DNA from: Flavobacteriales bacterium
Lineage (GTDB): Bacteria; Bacteroidota; Bacteroidia; Palsa-965
Assembly: GCA_040377305.1 (NCBI GenBank)
Contig: JBEIPA010000002.1
Coordinates: forward strand, 1 to 64,000
Length of the DNA stretch: 64,000 nt
Reading direction: 5' to 3'
In this document: positions 10,701 through 20,011 of the stretch, in pieces
Numbering within the stretch: the stretch's first letter is position 1
Layout: each line of letters opens with the position of its first letter
The notes under the pieces: generated by a model
Told to the model about the DNA's origin: nothing
Database searches by the model: none
Seen by the model: the letters and a program-made list of their open reading frames with translations, nothing else
Program-made: the position numbers and the translations under genes

Positions 10701-12115
10701 GTTTATCCCGCGCCCGCTTCCCGATGGCTGGTCCGGTAACGTACGCATTTGTTGAATTGCAGATTGAAGTATTGGTTGATCCTTCTGTCGGTGTATTTGC
10801 ACTCTCAGCCATGCTAAGTCCAAATTCATACGTACTTGATCCTTCCTGCAAATTAACAGGAGGTTTTGCATTTTATTATTGGTTTGATCCCAATCTGCAC
10901 GCCGGTGATTTTGTAATTACGATCGGTGGCTATCATCCGAATTTTAATCCGCCGAGTTGGTATCCATCTGTGCCACGCGTAGGTTTCAGTTGGTCGCTTG
11001 ATTCAACAATCAGTATTACAGGTGGTGCATATTTTGCGATGACCCCTTCGGCTGCAATGGCTGGCGGATCGCTGAGTGCAACGTATCAAAGCGGCAATCT
11101 CAGAGCATGGTTTACTGCATGGGCGGATATGTTGATCTACTGGAATCCGTTTCAGTTTGATATTTACATTGGAATTTCAGTCGGTGCATCTTATACCATT
11201 GATTGGGGATTCACAACATCCACACTCGAAGTGGAAATGGGAGCCAGCTTACATCTTTGGGGACCTCCAACCGGTGGTACTGTAACTGTGCATTGGTGGG
11301 TAATTTCATTTACAATCGATTTCGGTCAACCACAACCTACTCCGGTTGCGGATCTTACCTGGACCGAATTTCAGGCACAATTACCGGCCAATAACAGTAT
11401 CGTGAAAATTGTTCCGGACAATGGTCTGGCTCCAAACGGTGCAACGGATCTGAACAGTGGAACCAATTGGGTTGCGCGTCCTTCCGGCTTTTCATTTACC
11501 ACTTCATCAGCGATTCCAAGTTCGTCCTTATTACTTGGCAGCAGCAATAAAGTAATTGCAACGGGAACTAACATCAATATTCGTCCGATGCAGGTTACCA
11601 ATCTCACATCGACGCAGCAAATTATTATTAAACGCGATGGTACTGAAATTAATTACACAACTGAAAATTGGACGGTAACACAACGCCAACAAAATATTGC
11701 GAAGGCGATGTGGGGCACCGGTCCGCAAAATCAAATGGATCCGGGCGATGATCAATTGGTCGATAATCAGTTGATGGGTTTTGCAGTACAAAGTCCTACA
11801 CCATCGCAAGGAAATAGTCCGGGTGAAATCAACGTAGCAGTTAATTTGCCTTACAACCTGCTTTCTCCTGTGGGTGTGTTGGCCATACAACCGGGTACGT
11901 CTCCGCAAGGGCCCATTGCGCAAAATTCGACGCAAACCATTCAACTGATTGAAACTGAAATTTCCGATTTAACCTATGCATCTGCACGTACCACCATGTA
12001 TAATGCGTTGATCGCAATCGGTGTCGATCCGCTTACAAATGGAGACATGACTGTATTTGCAGCAACAGCAGGATCATTATTTGCTGATGAACCTTTATTG
12101 ATTCCAGCTTCCTGA
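7772..12115 (+). CDS. Large beta-rich protein with C-terminal DUF6603-like domain
   Basis: GPVMFRRIG, GGPPVFFVTGFAGGFGYN, CKLTGGFAFYYWF, HAGDFVITIGGYHP and YPSVPRVG motifs recalled for DUF6603; Pro/Ser/Gly linker near aa 700-740. Confidence 0.75.
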   Translation: MSLQSIATTLNGQATSTGTVTINDALLATGNTAFATLVSTQLLRPAGNIMLNASSVPIPPTSASSFSFNCTMPTAAANSFLNLNANTATATISLVGTVYQLQLSIQLTSGATPNWVMSTSFSDMLGWPFDSLPVTSPQFLFIYGTVSLPAGTAEGLNYSATPSLTGMLAPAAVFLTLFGYTSPPMTALTGSISQTANGTAFLLRSSFTSVTNLDLVALTINNLNVSAIFGYTTPPSGSGLQPEGWGQIVLMAETTLSGASDPIDVSLVLPYTNSSPFLSLVIAPPPGSLATSLNNLGEWMAGDTWDSFFTGTPASVLLPFLTTFGLRSYTLTFGLSGTSFLPTSVMSSTLSVGTLTPWDINPPNLIMQEFFVTWQLIDPFGAAFSAISINGELDMFNGGANEVKFTGSILLPELQLSLALASEKQMTAADWLTTIVVAFGGSTPPTYILDALSGFSLETIVFSMDVPNEDFTYQMAGGFLVGDNNVDFSLYVHINIKTTFTYDLKTEFNFASVAVMGEIKNDSSTNNQTVITGTWRDATNPLQLNNIAISLGFGDLGIPPALDMALKFVGLTYNLDTSTFIIGAESLNYGNADLVVFKPAGAPKFIFFGGLVVDKPIDLTNLPLVGQALAKLQTVEIRDLQIQITSDVITPAQATTLNALITALDPSLPVIPAQGMASTVNISMNFDIAGFIIPIGTGLGGQSASAGMPPNKSSVQGTPSGNTNAPVPSSPGSQSDGTSWFNLQKAVGPVMFRRIGIRYKDSVLWFVLDASFSAGGLTIDLLGAGIGSPLTTFEPQFTVDGLGLDFSEPGFELGGTFMKVPPSAGVDWEYAGGAVIKAGNFAISAYGSYASMDGTPSMFVFGQVTGTFGGPPVFFVTGFAGGFGYNSSLRLPAVNEIYQFPLVGGAQNPAVIGGSSPKPAEVLAILLGLNGGTAWVTHEIGQYWFAAGIQFTTYSIVNTNALLVIEFGKRLQFALLGLSRARFPMAGPVTYAFVELQIEVLVDPSVGVFALSAMLSPNSYVLDPSCKLTGGFAFYYWFDPNLHAGDFVITIGGYHPNFNPPSWYPSVPRVGFSWSLDSTISITGGAYFAMTPSAAMAGGSLSATYQSGNLRAWFTAWADMLIYWNPFQFDIYIGISVGASYTIDWGFTTSTLEVEMGASLHLWGPPTGGTVTVHWWVISFTIDFGQPQPTPVADLTWTEFQAQLPANNSIVKIVPDNGLAPNGATDLNSGTNWVARPSGFSFTTSSAIPSSSLLLGSSNKVIATGTNINIRPMQVTNLTSTQQIIIKRDGTEINYTTENWTVTQRQQNIAKAMWGTGPQNQMDPGDDQLVDNQLMGFAVQSPTPSQGNSPGEINVAVNLPYNLLSPVGVLAIQPGTSPQGPIAQNSTQTIQLIETEISDLTYASARTTMYNALIAIGVDPLTNGDMTVFAATAGSLFADEPLLIPAS

Positions 12116-12178
12116 TGATGCATGGAAATACGATGATGCAATCAATCAAACAATCGCACAGTTCTGAAAAATAAAAAT

Positions 12179-14503
12179 ATGAGCAACTATCCAACTACCA
12201 ATTTATCTCCGGGCGACATGCAATTGTATGATAATTCGTTGCCCGGACTCGTTGCAGGTTCGTATGAGATCAGTGTTACTCAGGATTTGCCCAATACCAG
12301 TACTCAGAATTACAGCACAACCATTCCGCAAAATTTTGATGTAAACGGTCCGCAATTTTCAATTGATACCAATGAAATACACGCGCTATTTCCGGCTGAT
12401 CAGTCGAATGGTGATTTTTCGTTGAACATACCGTATGTTACTTTGGAAACGCCAACGCTTCCATGGGAACGGCTTGTTGATACCGGTCAGCCAAATACAA
12501 TTCCCTGGATGGCGTTAATTATTTTGTCGGGAGATGAAGTGGTGCTGAATCCAACAACGGGATCACCGTTGATACAAAGCACCGTTACAACTTATCTGAC
12601 ACCCGATCCGAACGGAAAAATTCTGAAGCCAGCCATTGCTCTGAACACTGTTTCAACGGCGGTGCAGCAAAGTCAGATGAACAGTATTGTATTGCCCCTT
12701 AATTTATTTACGCTTGTCAGTCCGCGTTTGCAGGATTTGGCAACCTTGGCACATGTGCGCGAAATCAACCCCGGTTCACAGGTTGTTTCCGGATCATCGG
12801 ATGACGGTTGGTTCGGAGAGTTAATTGCAAATCGTTTTCCCATTTCCAATAATCCGAATGATAGTTCAGGCATGAAAAATTATGCACTGATTGTTTCTCT
12901 CGAAGGGTTTTCTCAATACTTAGTCGACGCTCCGGCATGGCCTGTTGGTGCCGAAGCTATTCAGCTCACTGTGCTTTCGTCCTGGTCATTTATCAGCGCG
13001 GTACAACCCGGACAAACGTTCAGTGAATTAGCTGAAAACCTCAGCTGTCAGGCAGTAGCGTCGAATGGTGCCAATACATTACTGCGCATTCCGGTTACGA
13101 ACACCAGTTCACCCGCTGCATCGCGAGTGATGGAAGGATACACCGCATTAAGCTACCATACTTTGCCCGGTGATGAATCGTTTTCCTGGTACCGCGGACC
13201 ACTTACACCGGTGCCTGCGCAAGCCTTGCCCGCACTCAGTTCCGGTCAGCATTATATCAACCCTTCGCAGTTATTAATCTATGATCAGGCTAATGCGGTA
13301 TTTGATACGAGTTATGCTGCGGCCTGGAACATCGGACGGTTAACTGCCCTGGCCGATCCTGCTTTTGTAGATACGCTTCAGTTGGTGCGGCGGCGAATGA
13401 GTTCACAATCTGTTAAGGTAATGCAACGCTCCAAACTTTCGCATCTCTCAGGAATAACCGATCTGAAAACACTTGCATCTCATGGCATCACGCGAAAAAC
13501 ATTTGCGGATAAAATGACAGCCGGTTTAGGAACGGACGTGAATGCGTTATACAAACAAGCTCCTTCCAATGCACCAACAAAAGTTCAATCAAAAACAAAA
13601 ACAAATTTTTTGTATCCGACAGAAACTGTTCCAGTATCTGCAGCAGCCGAAAGAAAATGGTTTTTGAAAAAAGCGGAAGTTGGTCAGTTCCTGATTGAAG
13701 ACAGTTCGGATGATATGGACACTCTAAGCACCTGGCTTAGTCAATTGGTTTTGCTTACGAATATTCCGTTCAATCATTTGGTTGCTGATCAGCGTATGTT
13801 GCCGCAGGAGTCAGCTCGTTTTTTTTACGTCGATCCGAATTGGTTGAGAGCCTTGTTTGATGGTGCAGTGAGCTTAGGCATTAATGCTTCACATGATCAG
13901 CAGATTCATGAAATCATGACACCCGCTCTTTGGAAAAGTTCAGTTACAAAAGCATCAGCGATTCGTCCCGCATTATTGCAGCAGGATGCACCGGCAATTC
14001 CACCGATGTCACCGTTACCCGCAGCAGGTATGCTGATTCGTTCAGCACTAATTTCTGCGTGGCCGGGATTACAGGTGAATGCAAGTGCAAATTCAGGTAC
14101 AGTGAACATCATGCGCATGGTTCATCTTTCACCAACGGTGTTGTTCGTATTGTGGGATAGCATACCCACCAAAGTTACGATCAGTCAACCGCAACAAGGA
14201 TTTAGCTATGGTGTTGCTGATAACTGGACCTTGCCTTTACGAAGTCTTGCCGCAAGTAATCTGGGTGCAACTACCGGAACTAATTTTCCATCTACAGGTG
14301 ATCTTACTCAATTCATGCGAAAAGACACTGCAGGTAATAATTCATATGTCCTCAATATTATGGCACCAGGCACAAATGGTGTGGGTTATCTGAACCCGGA
14401 ATTAGCAGTTGCTTTGAAGACCGGAACAATATTAACTCCCTCACAATATGCAATTGAACTGATTCAATCACCAGAGGAAATAAGTTTCAATCCTCCTGTT
14501 TAA
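12179..14503 (+). CDS. Hypothetical protein (774 aa), putative partner of the DUF6603-like protein
   Basis: Long ORF in the operon; motif-like blocks LPWER, LAHVRE, LIVSLEG, SWYRGPLTP, SYAAAWNIGR, RFFYVDPNW, LIRSALISAWPGL. Confidence 0.8.
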   Translation: MSNYPTTNLSPGDMQLYDNSLPGLVAGSYEISVTQDLPNTSTQNYSTTIPQNFDVNGPQFSIDTNEIHALFPADQSNGDFSLNIPYVTLETPTLPWERLVDTGQPNTIPWMALIILSGDEVVLNPTTGSPLIQSTVTTYLTPDPNGKILKPAIALNTVSTAVQQSQMNSIVLPLNLFTLVSPRLQDLATLAHVREINPGSQVVSGSSDDGWFGELIANRFPISNNPNDSSGMKNYALIVSLEGFSQYLVDAPAWPVGAEAIQLTVLSSWSFISAVQPGQTFSELAENLSCQAVASNGANTLLRIPVTNTSSPAASRVMEGYTALSYHTLPGDESFSWYRGPLTPVPAQALPALSSGQHYINPSQLLIYDQANAVFDTSYAAAWNIGRLTALADPAFVDTLQLVRRRMSSQSVKVMQRSKLSHLSGITDLKTLASHGITRKTFADKMTAGLGTDVNALYKQAPSNAPTKVQSKTKTNFLYPTETVPVSAAAERKWFLKKAEVGQFLIEDSSDDMDTLSTWLSQLVLLTNIPFNHLVADQRMLPQESARFFYVDPNWLRALFDGAVSLGINASHDQQIHEIMTPALWKSSVTKASAIRPALLQQDAPAIPPMSPLPAAGMLIRSALISAWPGLQVNASANSGTVNIMRMVHLSPTVLFVLWDSIPTKVTISQPQQGFSYGVADNWTLPLRSLAASNLGATTGTNFPSTGDLTQFMRKDTAGNNSYVLNIMAPGTNGVGYLNPELAVALKTGTILTPSQYAIELIQSPEEISFNPPV

Positions 14504-14523
14504 ACGAATTTAAAAAATAGAAT

Positions 14524-17500
14524 ATGGCTACTAATAATCCTCTGTTCGTTCCTGTAGTGGTTGATGCATTTATGATCAATCAGAATGTGCTGAACAATAT
14601 AAACAGCAATACACAGCGTTGGCAATATATGTATAGTCAGTTGCCCGGTTTCAAAACGCCACAACCGGTTCCATTTCAGTCTAATGCAAACCTTTCATCA
14701 ACCGGTGTGATCCTGCACTGGAAGCTTCCGCAGATCATGCGCAGTGGTAATCAAAATGCAAAAACAGGTGCCATGGATTATCCGCTTGTACCTAATCGCT
14801 GGCTGGTGATTCGTTACAGTGGTCCGGCCACTGCACGGCAGGCTGTGGCCTGGGTTGTGCAGAGTGATGCGCTGGGAAACAGTACGCCCATCACGGGTGG
14901 TGCACCATACATACAACCGGGTTCAACGTTACAGGCAACGCATATCGGTCAGGTTGTGAGTTTAAGTAATTGGAATGAACCGAACCCGCAACTTTTTCTA
15001 ACTGCAATAGCACCGGGCAATAATATGTTTGCGTCGTATCAACCGTATTGCCAAAGTGTTTTTTCTATTTATGATCCGTTAACCGGAATTGACGCGCAGG
15101 ATAATCTGAGTTACATGGTTGCCGGTTGGTACTCTGACAGCAATGAAGATATCACTGGATCATGGCAAACGAACAATATCAGTTTCGATGCTTTTTTAGA
15201 ACAGGCAGGATGGCAGATTGCCAATCAGCAGGGCGACACAGCAACGTACGCTATTTACCACAGCATGGTCTGGGGTCTGCAGTGGAATATGAATGGTGCT
15301 GCTCCGAACAACTCACCCTCATCAGCCGATCTGAAAGTTGCAGTTGGAAATACAACTGTAGATGCACTTACTGCCATGATCAAGGCGCAGGCCGCTGCAG
15401 CAAAATCAGAAGTCAATGCCGAACTATTGGAAGCATTGCAATATGGATTAATCAATCAATTTGATCAGCAGGATCCTGAATTTGAATTGAAACAATCCAT
15501 TGAACAGGCGTGGTTCGGGCAACAGAGTGGCGGTTACAGCTGGGAAATCGTAGATGTTCCCGTTGATCCGACTACAGGTGATCCACCACCGCCGGTAAGT
15601 GAACAGGAATTAGCTAAGGAGGAAGTCTGGCTTGCCACACTCAATCAAAATCAAATTACCTATGATCAGAACGTTGCACAACTGGCGCAACTGCAATGGA
15701 ATTTATATCAAACCTGGTGGAAGTATAATTACTATCTGCAAAACCCAAGTGCAAGCGGATGGCCGCAGGGAACGACACAGCAACAATTTGAAGATGCATT
15801 GAATCCCGCGCTCACAACAAGTCTCGTGTATCAGGTCAATTCGTTGCAAGACGTAATTGAACAAATGGCGTCATCAAATGAAGTACCGGTTGGCGTAACA
15901 CAGGATATTTTACAAGCACAGATTGATGCGTATGCTACAACACAACAATTGCCGGCCACAAGACAATTGAAACAATTTGCCAACCGGCCATTTTCCAAAG
16001 CCAATGATCCTGTGGTATTGGTGCAAGGACTTGGTGTGGATGATCAGCTTTCACCTTCCATGCCGTTGGTATGTCGTTTTATGAGCAGTCTTGTAACCGG
16101 TTTTAATTATAACAGTGCACCGATTACGGTATCGCAAGTGGCGTCGGTAATTCCTACACCGGCAAATATGGCGGCGGTTCCTTCGCAAATGATCAATCTG
16201 ATGCAGGAATTTTTTATGCTCGATCCCTTCAATGCGACTATGATTGCTCAGGCTGCATTGGAAAGTACGGATCCCACAGTGATTCAGAATGTAGCTACTG
16301 CAATGACCGGTGGAAAAAATGTAATTGGTGTTGCACCTGATCTGAATCTGAATACATGGACGCAACCCTGGTCGCCATTGGTGATGATGTGGGACATCGC
16401 GTATTATCCGATTCCGCATGATAACTCCGGCACGAATCTGTGGTCCTTTGACGGCAATGATTACACCTGGAACGGAAATAATATGCCGAATCCGGTTCCG
16501 CAGCCGTTGGAATTTATGGGGTCCATTTTTATGACACCGCAGGCAAGCTTCAATTTTCGTGCGCAGATGGAAAAATATATTTATGATAATCCGGATGCAA
16601 CGAATGTTATTGCGTTGAACGATTTTATTGAAAGCACAGATGGTTGGGATTTTCTTTCGCAATCTTTTGCGGGACTTACACAAAATCTGAACCTGCGCGA
16701 TCCGATGCCGAATATGTCGCCATCATTTGAAACAACGATTTATTATCCGAACACCACCTTAACCGATCTCGTTGGCAATAACGCAACATATGTTCCGCTA
16801 CCCGGCCCCATGCAGCCACAGGCTTTTACTCCTTGGCCGCCAACTAATTTTCAGCCTTGGCGCGCGGGTCAGTTTTATGTCAAACAATTAGTGATTGCCG
16901 ATCGTTTTGGTCAGCTCTGTGAAATTGTAACCAATCAGACACAAACGCAATTCGCTCCATACCTTGCCGATTCAGTTACACCGCAGTTTCCGGTTATACC
17001 GCAGGAATCGTATCGCTTCGTTCAGTTGCCGCCACGTTTGTTACAACCGGCACGTCTCAATCTTGATTTCGTTTCTGCCGCAAATGATAATCAACCGATC
17101 GGTACGAATCCGGGAACCAATCCGGTTTGCGCCTGGTTATTGCACAATTTTCTGGACGAAAGTATTGTTACGTATGACAATGGCGGAAACATTCTTGGGG
17201 CCGTTTGGATAACTACCAACGTACAAGCGCAACAGGTTGTTTCCTGGGTGCAGGCACCGGAAAGCAATTATCCGAGCATTGCTTCTTTATTGGATAATCC
17301 GGATCTGGCACATCTCGGTCAAATGCTGACTTCGATTCAAACGCTTGGCCCTGCTGCATTTTATAGTTTTTTAGAAACACTTGATGATGCCGTTTGGACG
17401 ATTGACAGTAATGCAACAACCAGCGATCAGGGAATGATTTTGCTGGCCGGAAAACCGGTTGCGCTGGTACGCATGAGTCTGAATTTCGATCTGAATGGTC

Positions 17501-18153
17501 AGCCTTTGACGGACCCGAGCTGGCGTTTCACTTTTGCGCCCTCTCCAAATCCGATGACGGGCTATGATTTTAATATCCGTCTGGGTGAAGCAGGACGACA
17601 ACAGGATGGATTGATTGGCTATTTCGTCGGTTCAAATTATGATCAACTCTATACACCACATGTGCCCGAGAATGTTCCCGATCCGAATTACGTGCTCGAT
17701 GTAGCAACAGGCGATTCTGTAAGCCTCAGCTTTACTACAGGGTCGATCGCATACTTAAGTGTGTTGATGGATCCGCGTTCAGTAGTACATGCCACGACAG
17801 GAATTTTACCGATCATCAGTATTGGCATTCCACAAGGTTTCGTAGCCGCTGCTTTTGCCAATATGGAAATCACATTTAATATCGGACCGCTGATGACAGA
17901 CACGGTACAACAGAAAGACGAAAATAATGTCAATGAAACACCGGCATTCACGATGCCGATACCATCACTGAGAAACGGAACCTGGGATTGGCAACAGTAT
18001 GATTTTGATTATACAAAGCAACCACCAGCCGATGGTAAATGGAATACGTATCCGATTGCACCGGTTAATCCGAACGCTAATTTCAATGCGATCAATCCGG
18101 TAATCCGTGAAGGTTTGCTCCGATTGACAGGAGCTGAAAGCGGAGGAATTTAA
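14524..18153 (+). CDS. Hypothetical protein (1209 aa), putative partner of the DUF6603-like protein
   Basis: Long ORF in the operon; GVILHWKLP, VPNRWLVIR, LSYMVAGWY, QPWSPL, DRFGQ, QLPPRLLQPARL, DGLIGYF, VHATTGILP; helical Gln-rich segment. Confidence 0.8.
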   Translation: MATNNPLFVPVVVDAFMINQNVLNNINSNTQRWQYMYSQLPGFKTPQPVPFQSNANLSSTGVILHWKLPQIMRSGNQNAKTGAMDYPLVPNRWLVIRYSGPATARQAVAWVVQSDALGNSTPITGGAPYIQPGSTLQATHIGQVVSLSNWNEPNPQLFLTAIAPGNNMFASYQPYCQSVFSIYDPLTGIDAQDNLSYMVAGWYSDSNEDITGSWQTNNISFDAFLEQAGWQIANQQGDTATYAIYHSMVWGLQWNMNGAAPNNSPSSADLKVAVGNTTVDALTAMIKAQAAAAKSEVNAELLEALQYGLINQFDQQDPEFELKQSIEQAWFGQQSGGYSWEIVDVPVDPTTGDPPPPVSEQELAKEEVWLATLNQNQITYDQNVAQLAQLQWNLYQTWWKYNYYLQNPSASGWPQGTTQQQFEDALNPALTTSLVYQVNSLQDVIEQMASSNEVPVGVTQDILQAQIDAYATTQQLPATRQLKQFANRPFSKANDPVVLVQGLGVDDQLSPSMPLVCRFMSSLVTGFNYNSAPITVSQVASVIPTPANMAAVPSQMINLMQEFFMLDPFNATMIAQAALESTDPTVIQNVATAMTGGKNVIGVAPDLNLNTWTQPWSPLVMMWDIAYYPIPHDNSGTNLWSFDGNDYTWNGNNMPNPVPQPLEFMGSIFMTPQASFNFRAQMEKYIYDNPDATNVIALNDFIESTDGWDFLSQSFAGLTQNLNLRDPMPNMSPSFETTIYYPNTTLTDLVGNNATYVPLPGPMQPQAFTPWPPTNFQPWRAGQFYVKQLVIADRFGQLCEIVTNQTQTQFAPYLADSVTPQFPVIPQESYRFVQLPPRLLQPARLNLDFVSAANDNQPIGTNPGTNPVCAWLLHNFLDESIVTYDNGGNILGAVWITTNVQAQQVVSWVQAPESNYPSIASLLDNPDLAHLGQMLTSIQTLGPAAFYSFLETLDDAVWTIDSNATTSDQGMILLAGKPVALVRMSLNFDLNGQPLTDPSWRFTFAPSPNPMTGYDFNIRLGEAGRQQDGLIGYFVGSNYDQLYTPHVPENVPDPNYVLDVATGDSVSLSFTTGSIAYLSVLMDPRSVVHATTGILPIISIGIPQGFVAAAFANMEITFNIGPLMTDTVQQKDENNVNETPAFTMPIPSLRNGTWDWQQYDFDYTKQPPADGKWNTYPIAPVNPNANFNAINPVIREGLLRLTGAESGGI

Positions 18154-18298
18154 ATCTAACCGCTAAGGATTATTTAACCGGATCAGTCCGCAATCCTGCC
18201 TGTTGCTGATTTACACGAATAGTAGTAATACAGGTTGCAGGTTTAGGTGAGCAATGACCGAATAAAAATTAAACCCATAATCAATAAAAACGATCATC

Positions 18299-19972
18299 AT
18301 GAGTTACCAACCAGTTACATCCAACACATTACTCACATACGCATTGAATACATTACCCGATCCTCTTCAGGTATCGCCCGCTTCAGGTAACACGGTTTAT
18401 GCAGCACTAACTTTTGTGGTGTCCAATAACACCAATCCGGCAACAGTTGTCAATGTTTCGAAAATTCAATTCGCTATTCCTGTTGGTGGAACGGGTGCGC
18501 AGTCACTCGCGTCAAGCGCAGTCGGCATACTGGGCAGCGCAAGTCCTTCCGCAGATTGGAATTTTGCGGTTGATCAGTCAACCGGAATTTGTACAGCAAC
18601 CACAACATCCGGTAATCCGATACCGGTAACAACCAATGGCATCATCTTTCAGGTGTATAATATTGCTGTGGTGAAAGAAACAGGAACGGTTGCAATTACA
18701 GTAACCGAAACAGCATCAACAGATTCGCTTCCATCGCAGGCACGATTGGCAACATTTAATGTCGCGAAATTTCCGTACGGTTTTTTCTTTACCAATTTCA
18801 CGCCAAATGTGCCAATGGTACAGGATCAAGGCACGGTAACACTTACGTGGGAAGGATCCGATCAGGCCGGTTATACGATGTTCTGGAATGATCAATCACA
18901 GAATGTTACCAATGTGCGTAGCTGGACTTCACCTGCACTCACCACCGATACAACATTTCTCTTACGTGCAGCGGTTGTATCATTGGGACAAACCGTTACA
19001 GCTGATTTAACCACTACAGTTGTTGTAGCCAATCCCGAATTGCAAGGCAGTTCATTGAATGTAAGCGGAACAAGTGTGTTGAATGGCAATACAACTATTG
19101 GCAGCAATTCATCTACTGCTGTGCTGGTAAAAGGAGCTGCTAATTTTTCGGCGCCGGCGGTGTTTGCAGGCGCAACATTGAACGGAACAACAACAGCGAC
19201 GAATCTTACAGTGAACCAGAATCTCACTGCATCCGGAATCGTGAATATGAACAACGCGACCTTGAGTGGAAACCTTACTGCAGGTTCGGCAACTGTGAAT
19301 GGTTCTCTAACTGCCGCATCACTGAATGTTTCAGGTGCAACTACATTCGGAACAATCGGCGCAAGTACGGTTAATACAACCAATGCAACGGTGAGTGGTA
19401 ACATGGCAGTAACCGGAACGGCCGGTATTATTGGTCCGAATATTCAGGTCCTGATTGGTAACCTTGGAAGTTCGGTAACCTATACTGCAAACACTGATCT
19501 TATGGTAACGGCCAATATAAGTTCATCAGTTAGCGGTCAGGATAAAAAAAGTTATGGTTGGGCAACGATCAGCACAGGTGGCAGAAGTGTAAACTGTTCC
19601 GGTGGAAATGTTTCAGGACCGGGAAAGAAGACCTATGGAACAAGCGGTGCCGCAACCGCTTTTGTGAGGAAAGGGACTCAGTTCACCATCACCGCTTCCA
19701 ACGATAAAGACAATGATCATACAATATGGCGCGACTTTTATGTTTGGTCACTCGGTAATGCCGGTTCACTTGCTGCTCTGGCAACTGAAGTAGCAACAAG
19801 GCAACTCAGTGAAGAAGAGATTGCGCAACATGAACAGCAAACCGGCCTGTCATCTCCCGGTCTGCAGATTGATGTGAATCAGTTGGCGGAGCAATTGCTG
19901 GAGTGTTTTCAAAAAAATGACAAAACCAAACTTACCGGATTATTGCGGGAGATGTTGCGTCTGAATGAATGA
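18299..19972 (+). CDS. Tail-fibre-like protein 1 (shared adaptor, beta-repeat shaft, variable tip)
   Basis: N-terminal ~245 aa homologous to the next two genes; L.V.G.T repeats; distinct C-terminus. Confidence 0.7.
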   Translation: MSYQPVTSNTLLTYALNTLPDPLQVSPASGNTVYAALTFVVSNNTNPATVVNVSKIQFAIPVGGTGAQSLASSAVGILGSASPSADWNFAVDQSTGICTATTTSGNPIPVTTNGIIFQVYNIAVVKETGTVAITVTETASTDSLPSQARLATFNVAKFPYGFFFTNFTPNVPMVQDQGTVTLTWEGSDQAGYTMFWNDQSQNVTNVRSWTSPALTTDTTFLLRAAVVSLGQTVTADLTTTVVVANPELQGSSLNVSGTSVLNGNTTIGSNSSTAVLVKGAANFSAPAVFAGATLNGTTTATNLTVNQNLTASGIVNMNNATLSGNLTAGSATVNGSLTAASLNVSGATTFGTIGASTVNTTNATVSGNMAVTGTAGIIGPNIQVLIGNLGSSVTYTANTDLMVTANISSSVSGQDKKSYGWATISTGGRSVNCSGGNVSGPGKKTYGTSGAATAFVRKGTQFTITASNDKDNDHTIWRDFYVWSLGNAGSLAALATEVATRQLSEEEIAQHEQQTGLSSPGLQIDVNQLAEQLLECFQKNDKTKLTGLLREMLRLNE

Positions 19973-20011
19973 TATAATTCTCCAATAAATTACACAAACA
20001 CCCTACACGCC

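Noticed and set aside
12113-12121. TGA TGA after the DUF6603-like gene as a readthrough or selenocysteine signal
   Set aside because: Tandem stops reinforce termination; no SECIS-like stem noticed, and the next gene has its own start.
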